Source: Naegleria gruberi
Taxonomy: Eukaryota
DNA length: 64,000 bases
Assembly: GCA_000004985.1 (NCBI GenBank)
Contig: GG738902.1
Reading direction: 5' to 3' (one strand)
Part shown: in pieces, positions 23,301-33,086 of the stretch
How positions within the stretch are numbered: position 1 is the first letter of the stretch
Layout of the letters: every line of letters begins with the position of its first letter
The notes under the pieces: model-generated
The model's input: the letters and a program-made list of their open reading frames with translations, nothing else
Database searches by the model: none
Told to the model about the DNA's origin: nothing
Program-made: the position numbers and the translations under genes

Positions 23301-23679
23301 GTTAGATGTTTTGGAAGAAACCCAATTCTTTATTGAAAACCCATATGAAAATAATCGTTTGGTAATTTCACTCACTCAGTTGGACACCAGATATGTTCAC
23401 GATTCAAAGGATGATGATTCATGTATTGCAGTTCATTTGATTAGAGTTGATCAGCCATCCCCATCTAGATTGATCAAGATCAACAAGAAGGATATCATAG
23501 TTCAAGGTGATTACAAATACGACAGAGAAATAGTCGTTGATTGTTGTCTTCCATCAGGTTCCTACGTTGCCATACCTCACGAATATTTTACTACCAATTG
23601 TAAAAATACTGAACTGGGAGCATATACCATTAGAATTTTATCAGAAAGTAAGGTAAAGGTCACTACGATCAATCCTTAA
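20338..23679 (+). CDS. Calpain-family cysteine protease with a long N-terminal TPR-repeat region.
   Basis: The catalytic Cys motif is QGSLGNCWMLSAMAIVASH. The His block is HAYAILDA and the Asn/Trp block is KNPWANGIEWKGEW. The N-terminal 600 aa contain TPR-like 34-aa units. The first ATG is at 20338; the track start is TTG. Confidence 0.8.
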   Translation: MASSSNNNCILTTSDDGDSIYFVSSRDKQHTLKQLQTSTEHFQKKEYKVAIEILEKCVQIPSDTLITVSGCDFNDGECIKGIAEQADKQIVELIGKMFITKGLCYFNSTIVAESDEKKDLYFTKALQDFAAVARHYKLYKQLYYYDNQQSLLQDIDGLYVFVTTMKSYFLEGRCLQQLRGYQVDGISSLEKAVIAFSEAIQMAEYLKSNSSGVASEKVCLSALEQLPQYYLNRALSHNDINSYRPAEADFTSYISLIGNTNDKERKSTLFMIAYHNRGISLSYMQKYVEAIEDFTKSIEHYQEIPQNSPDKKQQFDSFLETHSKRAKAIHRFIVDHVHDCRDNNDKAMMDKILKLKTLACEDFEFVSKHKPNSVYNNHFNTSQILNMVATILSPILPKEVQFELYSQSIPHLRECIKQGNNYKTSLDLAKALSKTGTGQNEEILDLYNRAVKLLDVESSKKVSGEQKANIFFERGVLYNKMERVEQAIMDFTTSIDLHQQFLEAYFNRAILYYTKSRNTILAIKDLEKVIEIDPKDTTALIELAVLLASNGQVEEGTKRLNQTLECDPNNETAHKYLKILQENESPLPSNDIFEIREDHVEEVPFTIRQVQRPTSDNFGFKLFKKKTKEVDPEEQLKQSVPPPKTRSTNSMFLDNSLPPITSSILGAGTRADFDLPPHIVNLDTDLVWLRPSQITGVTKPALFVDGSNYKDVIQGSLGNCWMLSAMAIVASHDFVMKKVVVESKTNSAIGKYTFCLFKEGRNKEITIDDLIPCDVTTNSYVFSRSADPNELWVPLLEKAYAALYGNYFSLKGGHLKDALVDLTGGISFSYDIDPKKIEEVWQYLSCLPKQNSSSSSFKLMGARSETSASDYTGIINFHAYAILDAIEFPPHLTNSQRVRLIKMKNPWANGIEWKGEWSDYCPRWSPELRKYVGNDFNSQDGIFYMSLEYFVVQWNMIEGVEIFVNGKWNEFLATGRFDSNIRSDNNWMLDVLEETQFFIENPYENNRLVISLTQLDTRYVHDSKDDDSCIAVHLIRVDQPSPSRLIKINKKDIIVQGDYKYDREIVVDCCLPSGSYVAIPHEYFTTNCKNTELGAYTIRILSESKVKVTTINP

Positions 23680-23704
23680 TAGTAATTGTTTCATCAACAT
23701 TTAT

Positions 23705-25279
23705 CTACATTTTGACTTTCTTTGTTGATGGTTCTGTTTCATAGTCAGTTAGAGTGTCGCAATTATCCCTCTTTTTAGAAATTTCCTCTCCATCCTTAAC
23801 CAGTAACTCCGCAAGTTTAGTTTTGTTCACTTTGCATTCCTCTAGCGTATATTCATTTATATGGGGTGAATAAAGTGATTTTTCAATAGTTAAACGACCT
23901 TGACCTGTTTGGTATGACAGACATTTGACTGGAGCGAATTTGCTCTTGATATGATTCTTAACTTGGTAGTTTTGCTGAAATGTTTTGGAAAGTAAGGTTG
24001 GTGAATTAACAAATTCCAATACCTGTTGACAATCGTAACATGTACAATCAGTTGTTGCTCCAAGATTAAAAGTGACTGGAACTGGGATTTTCTCTTTGCC
24101 ATTCGTAAGATCATCACAATAATTCAAACACATCTTGACAAGTTTCTGCATTAAAGGATCTTTGATATTTTCAGGAGTTTGTGAAATATGGAAAAGGAGT
24201 GGAATAATGATATGATGATAATGTGCTTTTCCTACAAGTGTAATTAGAGTTCTTTCATGATTTTTGGAGAACAAAATCGGTGTTTCACTATAAACAGTCT
24301 GTTTGTTGTAATGGTGTCCATTAGAAAAACCATCAACTGTTATTTTACCAATAAATTCTTCCAATTCAGTTTTTCTATTACAAGCCAAGCAAATTTCGAA
24401 TATTTTCACTAGCTCATCAACTTCATAAAAGTCGTCCTTTAGTAACAGAGTAACTAGCTTATTCAAAACAAGCCCAAGTATACTTCTCTCCTTATCATTC
24501 TTTCCAATGTAATTGTGAAATTTCATAACTAAATTCAATTTGTTTGATTTCTCAGCATGCTTCCAAAAATCTTCTGAAATTACATCAAAGAAACCAGTAC
24601 AATCACTCAATTTCAAAAAAGAAATGCACTGTAGCATATTCTCAATATCAACAGTTTTTACAGTCCAACATCTTCTCAACGCCTCAAATATGAATGTTAT
24701 GTTACTATGTTTGATTCCTGTCAAGAGCAATTTGTCAATATCCATCCTGATTTTTGAAGTAATATTCCTCATGGAACTGTAGTCCAATTCTATATTGCTT
24801 TGTATATAAACCTCCATGAATAAATCAAAATTAAGATTGACAGAACCGCAACGTGATCTATAAATCTCTTCCAATTTGTATTTGATAATTTCGTTTTTAA
24901 GGTCATACCTATCTGCAGCCGAAACGAAACGAAGAACACTATTAATATCTAATGTTTTCAAATATCCTTGAAGTGCTAGATGGATTTGTTTGTTAAAATA
25001 TTTTTCCAATTGAATCAAATCTTCAATACTGCACTTGCTACCTTTGATAGATAATAGTTTGTTAACAAGTCCAACATCTTTGAGTTTTTTAAGGTAATTA
25101 ACTTCCATTTCTTTGTAATTTGCAATAATATACTCCATGTATTTTTTAATCTTATTGAGAAGCTCTGTATTGGAATTATTCTTGTTATATTCACTCCACA
25201 ATTTAGCAAGATATTCCATTGCAACTTGTATTCCAAGACGAAGGGATAATTCTCCCATCTTTTTCTGAGAACAAATCAT
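23705..25279 (-). CDS. Hypothetical protein of about 524 aa.
   Basis: Uninterrupted ORF from MMICSQKKMGELSL to the acidic tail. No recognisable motifs. It converges on the calpain gene with only 25 bp between stop codons. Confidence 0.45.
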   Translation of the reverse strand: MICSQKKMGELSLRLGIQVAMEYLAKLWSEYNKNNSNTELLNKIKKYMEYIIANYKEMEVNYLKKLKDVGLVNKLLSIKGSKCSIEDLIQLEKYFNKQIHLALQGYLKTLDINSVLRFVSAADRYDLKNEIIKYKLEEIYRSRCGSVNLNFDLFMEVYIQSNIELDYSSMRNITSKIRMDIDKLLLTGIKHSNITFIFEALRRCWTVKTVDIENMLQCISFLKLSDCTGFFDVISEDFWKHAEKSNKLNLVMKFHNYIGKNDKERSILGLVLNKLVTLLLKDDFYEVDELVKIFEICLACNRKTELEEFIGKITVDGFSNGHHYNKQTVYSETPILFSKNHERTLITLVGKAHYHHIIIPLLFHISQTPENIKDPLMQKLVKMCLNYCDDLTNGKEKIPVPVTFNLGATTDCTCYDCQQVLEFVNSPTLLSKTFQQNYQVKNHIKSKFAPVKCLSYQTGQGRLTIEKSLYSPHINEYTLEECKVNKTKLAELLVKDGEEISKKRDNCDTLTDYETEPSTKKVKM

Positions 25280-25364
25280 CACTGCCCAAACTTCCTCATA
25301 TGTTTCCGTTGATATATGGTCGAACGTATCAACCTAAACACAAATGAAAGATTAGTATGAAATT

Positions 25365-26681
25365 TCACAAAAACATTACCTTTTTCGAAACTGACTTGGC
25401 ATTTTCCAAGGCATCTTCTGGACTAATCTTTTCCTCTGATATTTCGTATTTGCAAATGGACGGTTTATCCTTTCTTAAAGCACTGGTAATGAAATAATCT
25501 GGTGAATCTGAGCCATATCTATCTTCGTCAGATCCTTCAACTTCTTTTTGTAATTTCACCAATAATATTCCCAAGTCATGAAACTTTTCAGTGTAACGTT
25601 TGAGAGTTGAGACTAAATTCTGGTCTTTTCCCTTTAAATGACTATAAGACAACTCTTGTCTTTTGTATTTTTCAGCTAATACTCTTATCATATATGAATC
25701 ATTTTTGAATTGGTCAACTATTAACTTTACAGTATTCAAAAATGGAGAATTTTCAATAGCTGGTGGTTCAGTTTCATTATAATCCATAATATAAACCATA
25801 AATACTCGGTGTCCTCTAGTAACTTTTGGTATTTTGATTTCACAATCAGGGTGAAAGGCAATATAATAAGTTGTGAATGTGGAATTTTCTGTAAAGTTGA
25901 ATTTCTCCACATGTCCATTATATTCGACACAAATATCTGTATCTTCTGATTCAAAATCAGATGGCAATTGAATTAGCATTGCTGAAAAAACATTGTCGTC
26001 AATTGGTGATCCAGAGAAACTGCATCCTTCACTTAATACCATTATTGAATCTTCATACATGTTAAACCTTATAGATTCGTCAATTCCCAACTTGTTCCTA
26101 ATCTCAGAGTTTACAAATTGCTCCCAAGCACGACTCCAATTATTGTTTTTCACACAACACATAAAATTGTAAGGATTATTAACATTAGTTTTGGTACATG
26201 TATAGGAAAATCTCTTCAAATCATTCATATATTCATTGGATATTATTGGCAAACTGAGCATCATACTGTTTTGTTTATCAGAATAATCACCACTTGCATT
26301 GCGCACTTCAATACCTGGAAGAAAACTCATCGAATCATCCAATTTACCTCCACATGCAAAATTTGCAAATTGTAAACTTCCTTCCGAAACCAAACCACAA
26401 AATCTCTCAAGTGCTTCATGTACCTTTCCACCTCCAATCAATTCTTGTATTTGTGAATCAATTCGTGTTGCAACTTTGGTTTTATATAGAATTTTCTCTT
26501 GTTCAATTTCTTCTTCTTCGGAATCAACAATTTGATTCGAATTGGCTTCTTCTTCTTCAGAGGAGATGATCATTGTATGAGGCAAAGTATCGCCATTGAT
26601 CATCATTTCTTCATCAGCATCATCAATGATGATAATGGGACCGTTTGGTGCTTGCATTTTTTTTGTCTTTGGTTTTTCCAT
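25365..26681 (-). CDS. Hypothetical protein of 438 aa with an acidic N-terminus. It has a possible HxD...H metal-binding pair, which is speculative.
   Basis: ORF MEKPKTKKMQAPNGPIIIIDDADEE... It contains IAFHPDCEIKIPKVTRGHRVFMVY, where an HxD is followed by GH 13 residues later. This is reminiscent of 2OG-Fe oxygenases but is atypical. Confidence 0.4.
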   Translation of the reverse strand: MEKPKTKKMQAPNGPIIIIDDADEEMMINGDTLPHTMIISSEEEEANSNQIVDSEEEEIEQEKILYKTKVATRIDSQIQELIGGGKVHEALERFCGLVSEGSLQFANFACGGKLDDSMSFLPGIEVRNASGDYSDKQNSMMLSLPIISNEYMNDLKRFSYTCTKTNVNNPYNFMCCVKNNNWSRAWEQFVNSEIRNKLGIDESIRFNMYEDSIMVLSEGCSFSGSPIDDNVFSAMLIQLPSDFESEDTDICVEYNGHVEKFNFTENSTFTTYYIAFHPDCEIKIPKVTRGHRVFMVYIMDYNETEPPAIENSPFLNTVKLIVDQFKNDSYMIRVLAEKYKRQELSYSHLKGKDQNLVSTLKRYTEKFHDLGILLVKLQKEVEGSDEDRYGSDSPDYFITSALRKDKPSICKYEISEEKISPEDALENAKSVSKKVMFL

Positions 26682-26987
26682 TCATTGTTGGAATTTTCTA
26701 GTGATCAATTTGGCCTAATGAAGCACCAATAAATTTGTTTCAGTAAATCACCATTTCATCTGAATTTGAATTCATCGGATTACTAGTATAATTACTTTCT
26801 TCACAAGTTTTGTCTTCACTTTCCTCCAAAAATTTAAAGAGCTTTGTGGGAAGGCTGAATACCACCTTGTTGAGAGTTGGCAAATTCCATTAGTTTGTTT
26901 AAATTGTTGGTTTTCTATTAGAAACATAGTAAATTATTGTTATCATTAAAAGAGGAGAATTTATGTACAATGTTAAAATCAAATCAT

Positions 26988-29528
26988 TTAGCAAGATTTG
27001 TTGACTAGTTCAGCAAGAAGTTTTTTCATGTCCTCTCTATTAAAAACATCCAAAGTTACAATTTGAATTTGATTTCTCTTTTCATCATTCGAAACTTGAT
27101 TTAAAAATTGTTTGATAATGTACTTGGTATTCAATTCTAGATATTCATCAGTGACTTGAATTGATTGCTCAGGTTCTTTGAGGTCATCTTCGGTGAGTGG
27201 AATAATTCTCTCAGGAGGGTTGTTGAATTTGAGACAAGAATCAATCATTTCTTGAGTGATTCCTTCCTCAGATTGTTCATGCGTAAGAGATTCCTTAATT
27301 TGCTTTCGTTGACTTTCTAATTGTTGCTCCAATGTAGATAAATTAATGGAAACACTCACACAACGATTGTCTTGGAATCTTCTGGTCTTTCCTGAAGAGG
27401 CTTCAATAGAAACCTCAATGAAACTGCTTTGTCTTGAATGAGATTCATCCAATGATGATGAGCTTTCGTCAGTGACATTTCTTGTTGTTGCTGGCTTAAT
27501 GACTTGATCGGAAAGTTTTGGTTCTTCAAAGGTTTCAACCTTTTCCATACAAACAACTGGAGAATCCACAGAATCTTCGTCTCTCAAATGAGATGGAATT
27601 GGAGATTTCTTTTCTGGAGTGGCAGGAGGTGGAATTTGTGGGCTAACTTGAATAGTTTCCTTCTTTTCTGGCATGGTTGTTGGGTCAATTTTAGATGTTC
27701 TCTTTTGCATAATTTCCTCTGGGAATGGATCAAGACGAACGAAATTTTCTGGAGTTTCAGATAGTAAATTAGAAAGATAGGCATCTGACAAGTCGCAGTA
27801 AACTAATTTTCTCTTGAGTGATTCCTTCTTTGTAAAGACGAGAATGAATGGAACATGTTCCAATTCTGGCATGTTAACAGTTCTGTTGAAAAATTCCAAC
27901 GAATCAATTAATTGATTTTTCAATGTCAACAAATGGTTGTGTTGTAAACTTTGATGACGTGATAGGAAATTAGATGAAGCACTGTCGATGAGTGGCTTGA
28001 ATTTTGGTGATTTCAAAGTCTTTTTCTTGGCTCTTTCCTTTTCCAATAGATCAGTATGTTTCACATTGACACTACTACCAGTTGGTGATGTCAAGGTGGA
28101 AATGAGCTTGTCATTGGATGAGGCATCACTACCACTTTCATAAACTGGTTTTTCAAGAGTCAATACCTTATCTACAAGTGGAGAACCAGGAGTTCTCGAA
28201 TCAGTTATTGAAATTGTGGAGCCGTACAATCCCAAAATATCATCAACTGAATACTGATTGTAACAAGTGAGTGAAACAAAGTACAAAATGGCAACTCCCT
28301 GAGTTTTGATTGGTTTCTTACTGGAAGTAGCATTTTGTTCACTTGAATTGGCGGATGTATTGCTGTCAGTTGTGGTATTGAGTGGAGTAGATGAAGCATT
28401 TACAGATGATGAGCTAGGTGCTGTATTTTCAGATTTCTTCTTCTTCTTCTCTTCCTTTTCCTTATCCTTTCCAGAGGAGGTTGTTGAACTTGTCAATGGT
28501 TGAGATTCTTCATAGAGCTTGGAGAGCAAAATCTTCTTCCACTTTTTTCTATCTGATCTAACACCTGCACTGTCAATCATGTGAAGTGAACGAATGATTG
28601 GTTTTGGTTTTTGAGGGAGTGCATTCTTTTCAGAGTCCTTACTCTTTTTAGAGGAGCTTGTTGATGTGGTTGCATTCTCAGTGGTAGATGTGCTCTTTCT
28701 CTCTGTAATGATTTTAATTTCACTCTCATAGAAACCTCGAGTCATATTCGAAGCTAACAAGTATTCAGTTTCAGATTTCAATTCTGTATCAGAAAATCCC
28801 TTTCTAGCTCTTCTCAATCTTTCTGCTATTTGATTACAATGAGTAATGACATAATTGAAATGTTCGAAATGTTGCCATTGTGGTTGTTTTGGAACTGTAT
28901 TCACATTTCCATTTTTATCCAACACATTTCCTGAAATAATCGATCCCACTTGAGTATTTCCAAACAAGTACAATAATTCTGGTGAAATTTTGTTATAATA
29001 CAAGATGGTGTAAATTTTGTGTAAAATTGTCTCAGTTGCCCACAACATTGAAATTTGTTGCATCATTCCTGCATCACTCCATAACAATTCTGGCTTAACA
29101 ATTGCTTGTTGCAGTAAACACCGAGAAGCATCTCCCTGTTCTCCACCATTCTCATTCTCACCTGCCCCTGCCTCATTCGAGCACTGTTCCACGATTGAAA
29201 TTTTTACAATTTTCAACAATTTTTCATCAATTAAATTTTTTGATGATGGAAATCGATAATCAATTTCGTTGAAAATTTTCTTCTTGACACAAATAATGAA
29301 CAATAACCATGAGAACATGCTGCTGAGTAATTCTTCGTGGAATTTTAGTGAATTTTTGGACATGCTGCCACCCAATAGGAGATTGGACATTTTGCAGAAG
29401 GATGTCTTTCCCGAATTGCTTACACCCATAAGGAGAAGGTGATGGAGTTGTTGTTGTTGTTGCTGTTGTTGGAGATTATAGTCGAAGGGTTGATCTTCGT
29501 CTCCGTGCCGACTCATTTGTTGTCCCAT
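26988..29528 (-). CDS. Divergent heterotrimeric G-protein alpha-subunit-like protein of 846 aa, with a myristoylation-type N-terminus and large low-complexity insertions.
   Basis: MGQQMS has Gly2 followed by Ser6. The P-loop LLLMGVSNSGKTS matches LLLLGAGESGKST. HMIDSAGVRSDRKKWKKI matches FDVGGQRSERKKWIHCF. GVAILYFVSLTCYNQ matches VTAIIFCVALSDYD. PFILVFTKKES matches IILFLNKKDL. IQIVTLDVFNRE matches the TCAT region. Confidence 0.7.
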   Translation of the reverse strand: MGQQMSRHGDEDQPFDYNLQQQQQQQQLHHLLLMGVSNSGKTSFCKMSNLLLGGSMSKNSLKFHEELLSSMFSWLLFIICVKKKIFNEIDYRFPSSKNLIDEKLLKIVKISIVEQCSNEAGAGENENGGEQGDASRCLLQQAIVKPELLWSDAGMMQQISMLWATETILHKIYTILYYNKISPELLYLFGNTQVGSIISGNVLDKNGNVNTVPKQPQWQHFEHFNYVITHCNQIAERLRRARKGFSDTELKSETEYLLASNMTRGFYESEIKIITERKSTSTTENATTSTSSSKKSKDSEKNALPQKPKPIIRSLHMIDSAGVRSDRKKWKKILLSKLYEESQPLTSSTTSSGKDKEKEEKKKKKSENTAPSSSSVNASSTPLNTTTDSNTSANSSEQNATSSKKPIKTQGVAILYFVSLTCYNQYSVDDILGLYGSTISITDSRTPGSPLVDKVLTLEKPVYESGSDASSNDKLISTLTSPTGSSVNVKHTDLLEKERAKKKTLKSPKFKPLIDSASSNFLSRHQSLQHNHLLTLKNQLIDSLEFFNRTVNMPELEHVPFILVFTKKESLKRKLVYCDLSDAYLSNLLSETPENFVRLDPFPEEIMQKRTSKIDPTTMPEKKETIQVSPQIPPPATPEKKSPIPSHLRDEDSVDSPVVCMEKVETFEEPKLSDQVIKPATTRNVTDESSSSLDESHSRQSSFIEVSIEASSGKTRRFQDNRCVSVSINLSTLEQQLESQRKQIKESLTHEQSEEGITQEMIDSCLKFNNPPERIIPLTEDDLKEPEQSIQVTDEYLELNTKYIIKQFLNQVSNDEKRNQIQIVTLDVFNREDMKKLLAELVNKSC

Positions 29529-29759
29529 TTTGTGATGATGAGGTTATTGTTTTGTGGTTGTGATGATTTGATTGTTTTGTGTTTGTTGGAAAGTAGACGA
29601 AAGAGATTCGTATTTTTTTTTTAAAGTCAAGGTCTTGATGGTTGATGGACGTTTTGCAAGTTTGAATAAACAAATTGGGAATTTGAACGAATTCGGAAAA
29701 GCTTAAACTATGTCGTTGGCAAGTTTTATTCTTTCAATTTGCTTTCTAATAATTTTCTG

Positions 29760-31193
29760 TTATTGGAAACCTACAAATGCAAAAATCAATAATAAAACCA
29801 AGTAGGTGAAAGTAAATAATGAATTGCTAGACGATTCTCTAATGCTCTTTCCAGGTTGAATATTCTTGGATTGTTGTGGAATCAAAATACTATTCGAAAC
29901 TTTAGGAGTAATTGGTGAGCTTTCTTTTGGAACTATTTCAATAATTGACATTGTGTCACTAGCAAGGAAAGTTACATTACTTGAAAAACTCAAACTTTCA
30001 TTACTCATGTTTCCATCCAAATCGAATGTATATTTCGAAACTCGAGAAATTTCCATGGAAACATTAAGGTTGACTGAAACTGGAGAGAAACTCATGATTC
30101 CATTATTGTATGAGAAAACTTCTTGCCAAATCAATAGATACTTATTTCCATTACTCTTTTGAAGCCACAATTTTTGTAAGTTTGCATTTTTAGTTTCGTT
30201 TGTTCTCAATTCGAAACTCAATTCTTTCAACCCAAAAATAGCAAGTTTAGGATTTTCACTCAATACTTGAATCATTCCCTTCAGTGCTCTATAAACTGGT
30301 TTTGGAGATGGAGAATCAATATTATCAGTCGAATTATATCTCAACAATCCAAAGAACTCGCCATCATCACACATTTCGTATAGATAAGTCTTTGAGATTC
30401 CTCTCATGTATTGCAACACCAAAGATCTCAAAGTATATCTCGCTTGGATAATCTCAGGAACCCAATAAATTACATGAGCAGGCAATGTTTGCCATCCAGT
30501 TTCAGTTGTAATAATAGGTTTCGAATAACCACCCTGCAAGAGTGTTAAATTCTTGAAATAATCAATGGTTCCAGTGAATCCATATTGAGTCTGAGGTCCC
30601 CATCCCTTCACAGGATTATAAGTTCCATAATAATTATGCATATTCACATAGTCAACCCATTTACTGACATCACCCAAAGCTTCGTAAGCAGAAAGTGAGG
30701 TTAACGAAGGAGCGTAAACTGGAAAACTCGAGTTGTGATTTTCCCAAAGGAATTGAGTCCAGTTTCGTGTGATTTCAACCCAATTAGAGAGTCCTTTCAA
30801 ATCATATTCGTTGACTCCTTCGTAAGCTTCGAAAATGTCTGGAACTTTCTGTGGATAGTTTCGAATTAAATCTGCTGGTCTAGAAGGGTTATCTGTTAGG
30901 AAAACACCTTTGATTCCGTTTCGTCCGAGGTAGTTGTGTCTGTCGTAGTAATATTGTGGACCATCACGTAACGAATCTCTGATATGTCTAATGCCAGACT
31001 CTATTAGAAACTTGGCGAAAGTTTCCCAGTGATTATTGTAACAACTATTTGGATACGACAAGTGTGTATTAACTCCGATTGTGTCCACGAAAGCGTCAGC
31101 ACTTTGTGGAATGGCAATACTTGCTTTCGTTCTTGAACTAGTTTCGAACAGCAGAATCGCGAGAAGTAACAACCAAGCGTTTAGTTTCACCAT
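29760..31193 (-). CDS. Secreted glycoside hydrolase (GH5-like clan A fold), possibly GPI-anchored or carrying a C-terminal TM.
   Basis: From the second ATG (A8 context) there is a signal peptide MVKLNAWLLLLAILLFETSSRTKA. Conserved ...NEYD... and ...IITTETGW... blocks match the acid/base and nucleophile motifs of clan GH-A. The C-terminal tail FTFTYLVLLLIFAFVGFQ is hydrophobic. Confidence 0.55.
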   Translation of the reverse strand: MVKLNAWLLLLAILLFETSSRTKASIAIPQSADAFVDTIGVNTHLSYPNSCYNNHWETFAKFLIESGIRHIRDSLRDGPQYYYDRHNYLGRNGIKGVFLTDNPSRPADLIRNYPQKVPDIFEAYEGVNEYDLKGLSNWVEITRNWTQFLWENHNSSFPVYAPSLTSLSAYEALGDVSKWVDYVNMHNYYGTYNPVKGWGPQTQYGFTGTIDYFKNLTLLQGGYSKPIITTETGWQTLPAHVIYWVPEIIQARYTLRSLVLQYMRGISKTYLYEMCDDGEFFGLLRYNSTDNIDSPSPKPVYRALKGMIQVLSENPKLAIFGLKELSFELRTNETKNANLQKLWLQKSNGNKYLLIWQEVFSYNNGIMSFSPVSVNLNVSMEISRVSKYTFDLDGNMSNESLSFSSNVTFLASDTMSIIEIVPKESSPITPKVSNSILIPQQSKNIQPGKSIRESSSNSLFTFTYLVLLLIFAFVGFQ

Positions 31194-31485
31194 TTTTTTT
31201 AACTGGAACCACAAGATCTCATCAAAAATCAACATTCAAACTCTTGAATTTTCCAACATTGCATTGTAAAAAGTTAACTTGACTTTCAAAGATTCGGCAA
31301 AGAACAACAAGGAACAACAAAGTTGGATTGAAACAAATTGATGATACACAGAAATCCATTAGAATGGATTTTTTCTCTTTTTAAGATTGATATTAACTCT
31401 AATAACACACCCTTTGGAACTTTGGCGTAACATTCCAGGAACAATGAATTCAATTCTTATTACAATTTTTCATTTTAAAAAAAAA

Positions 31486-32768
31486 ATGCTCAACACATCT
31501 GCTGCTACCGGAATCAACCAATCTAATAATAGCATCAATAATAACCTAAAAGACGAGAAGAATGATGATGAAATAACTAGTGAAGTGTGTCCTCTTTCAT
31601 TCTATGAAGAATCTGGTTTTTATCACAATCATTTAGAATATACAAACAAGTATTTGTATGATCCGAATCAATTTGTTGATCAATTTCATAAGAGTATAAA
31701 GGAGAAGAATTTTAACAAGTTGAGAAGTTTGAGAATTTTAATTCAACAGCAAACAATTGATATTTGTAGAAGTAGAGTGTATAATTATAGACCTATTGAT
31801 GGAGAATTTTCATTGGATAAGAAGAAGAGGATAGAATTGAGTGAGAAGATTCTCGTGAATGCCTCTGTAAAGAGTAAATATTATAAGAATGAAGGATTGG
31901 AGGTGAGTGAGAAGGTTGGAGATTTGGAAAAAACTCAAGTTTTGGTTATTAATGGTGATTGTATTGATATTGCATTCCATATTCAAGATTTGTTGATTAA
32001 GGAAGGTAAATTTGGAAAGGAAAGAGTTGCTGTATTGAATATGGCTAATCCAAATACACCTGGAGGTGGATACAAGGGAGGATGTGGGTAAGTTTCTTTC
32101 AATATTATTTAATCCAAAAATTCATATTGAAACTATATTACAGAGCTCAAGAAGAAAATTTACACAGAAGATCAAACTTGTATCAATGCTTGGACAATTA
32201 TGTAGACAAGATTGACAAGACTAGAACATGGAATTATCCAATAGGATATGAAAGTGGAGTCTATAGTCCAGATGTTACATTCTTCAGAGGATGTGAAGCT
32301 AAGGGTTATCCACTCCTTTCTGCTCCAAGATTAGTCGATGTCATTACCACTGCTGCAGTTCCAAACTCTCTCAATCATGGTGATGGAGAAATTGATGAGA
32401 GAAATATTGGCAGTATTGAGGCCATTTTAAAGATTGCAGTTCAACACGGAGTTAGAAATGTGGTCTTGTCGGCTCTTGGTTGTGGAGCTTTCAGAAACTC
32501 TCCAACAGCAATTGCTAAAGTTTTCAAGGAAAAGATTGAAGGTCCACAATTCAAAGGCCACTTTGATAGACTCTACTTTGCAATCATTGAAGATCACAAC
32601 TCAAAGAAGGGACATAATCCTGATGGAAATATCAAACCCTTTGTCCAAGTTTTCAATGATTATTTGAAGGATAGAACCGATGTAACAGAACTCACTGACT
32701 CACAATTCAATTATGATTATGATAATATGAATGATGTATATCAGCAATACTATGAAGAAAGTAGGTGA
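31486..32768 (+). CDS. Bacterial-type poly(ADP-ribose) glycohydrolase (DUF2263 / macro-fold PARG) in two exons: 31486..32087 and 32144..32768.
   Basis: Splicing GTAAGT...ATTACAG joins ...NTPGGGYKGGCG to AQEENLHRRSNLY. This creates the PARG catalytic signature GGG-X7-QEE. Downstream, ...VVLSALGCGAFRN... fits a macro-domain fold. The ATG context is AAAAAAAAATG. Confidence 0.7.
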
Positions 32769-33086
32769 GAGTATTATCAAATTGTATAATAAATAATCAA
32801 TATTAAATCCAATAACTATTAAATAATTGTACTCTCGCTTTCCGATAGCCAAATAAATATTTAATTCACCATATGGTGAGAATGACCGATTTCTTATAAT
32901 TGTGTTGGCAGTCCTGAGCCCGAGGACACAAGCAGCAAATTAATTTTTTAAGCTTAACGAAATAGCACCTCCTCAATAAACTTAAAACTTCTCACACCGC
33001 CAAGTGCGCTCTGATTCGGACACCTCAAACACCAATGCTTAATTTCTCATTTTGCATTATGATAACAGAGAAAACAAGATAAAAAA

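Noticed and set aside
32800-32900. The segment ctctcgctttccgatagccaaataaat has a weak resemblance to the U2/U4 snRNA 5' regions.
   Set aside because: The Sm-site and branch-point-interaction sequences do not match on inspection. Similarity is limited to a few bases.
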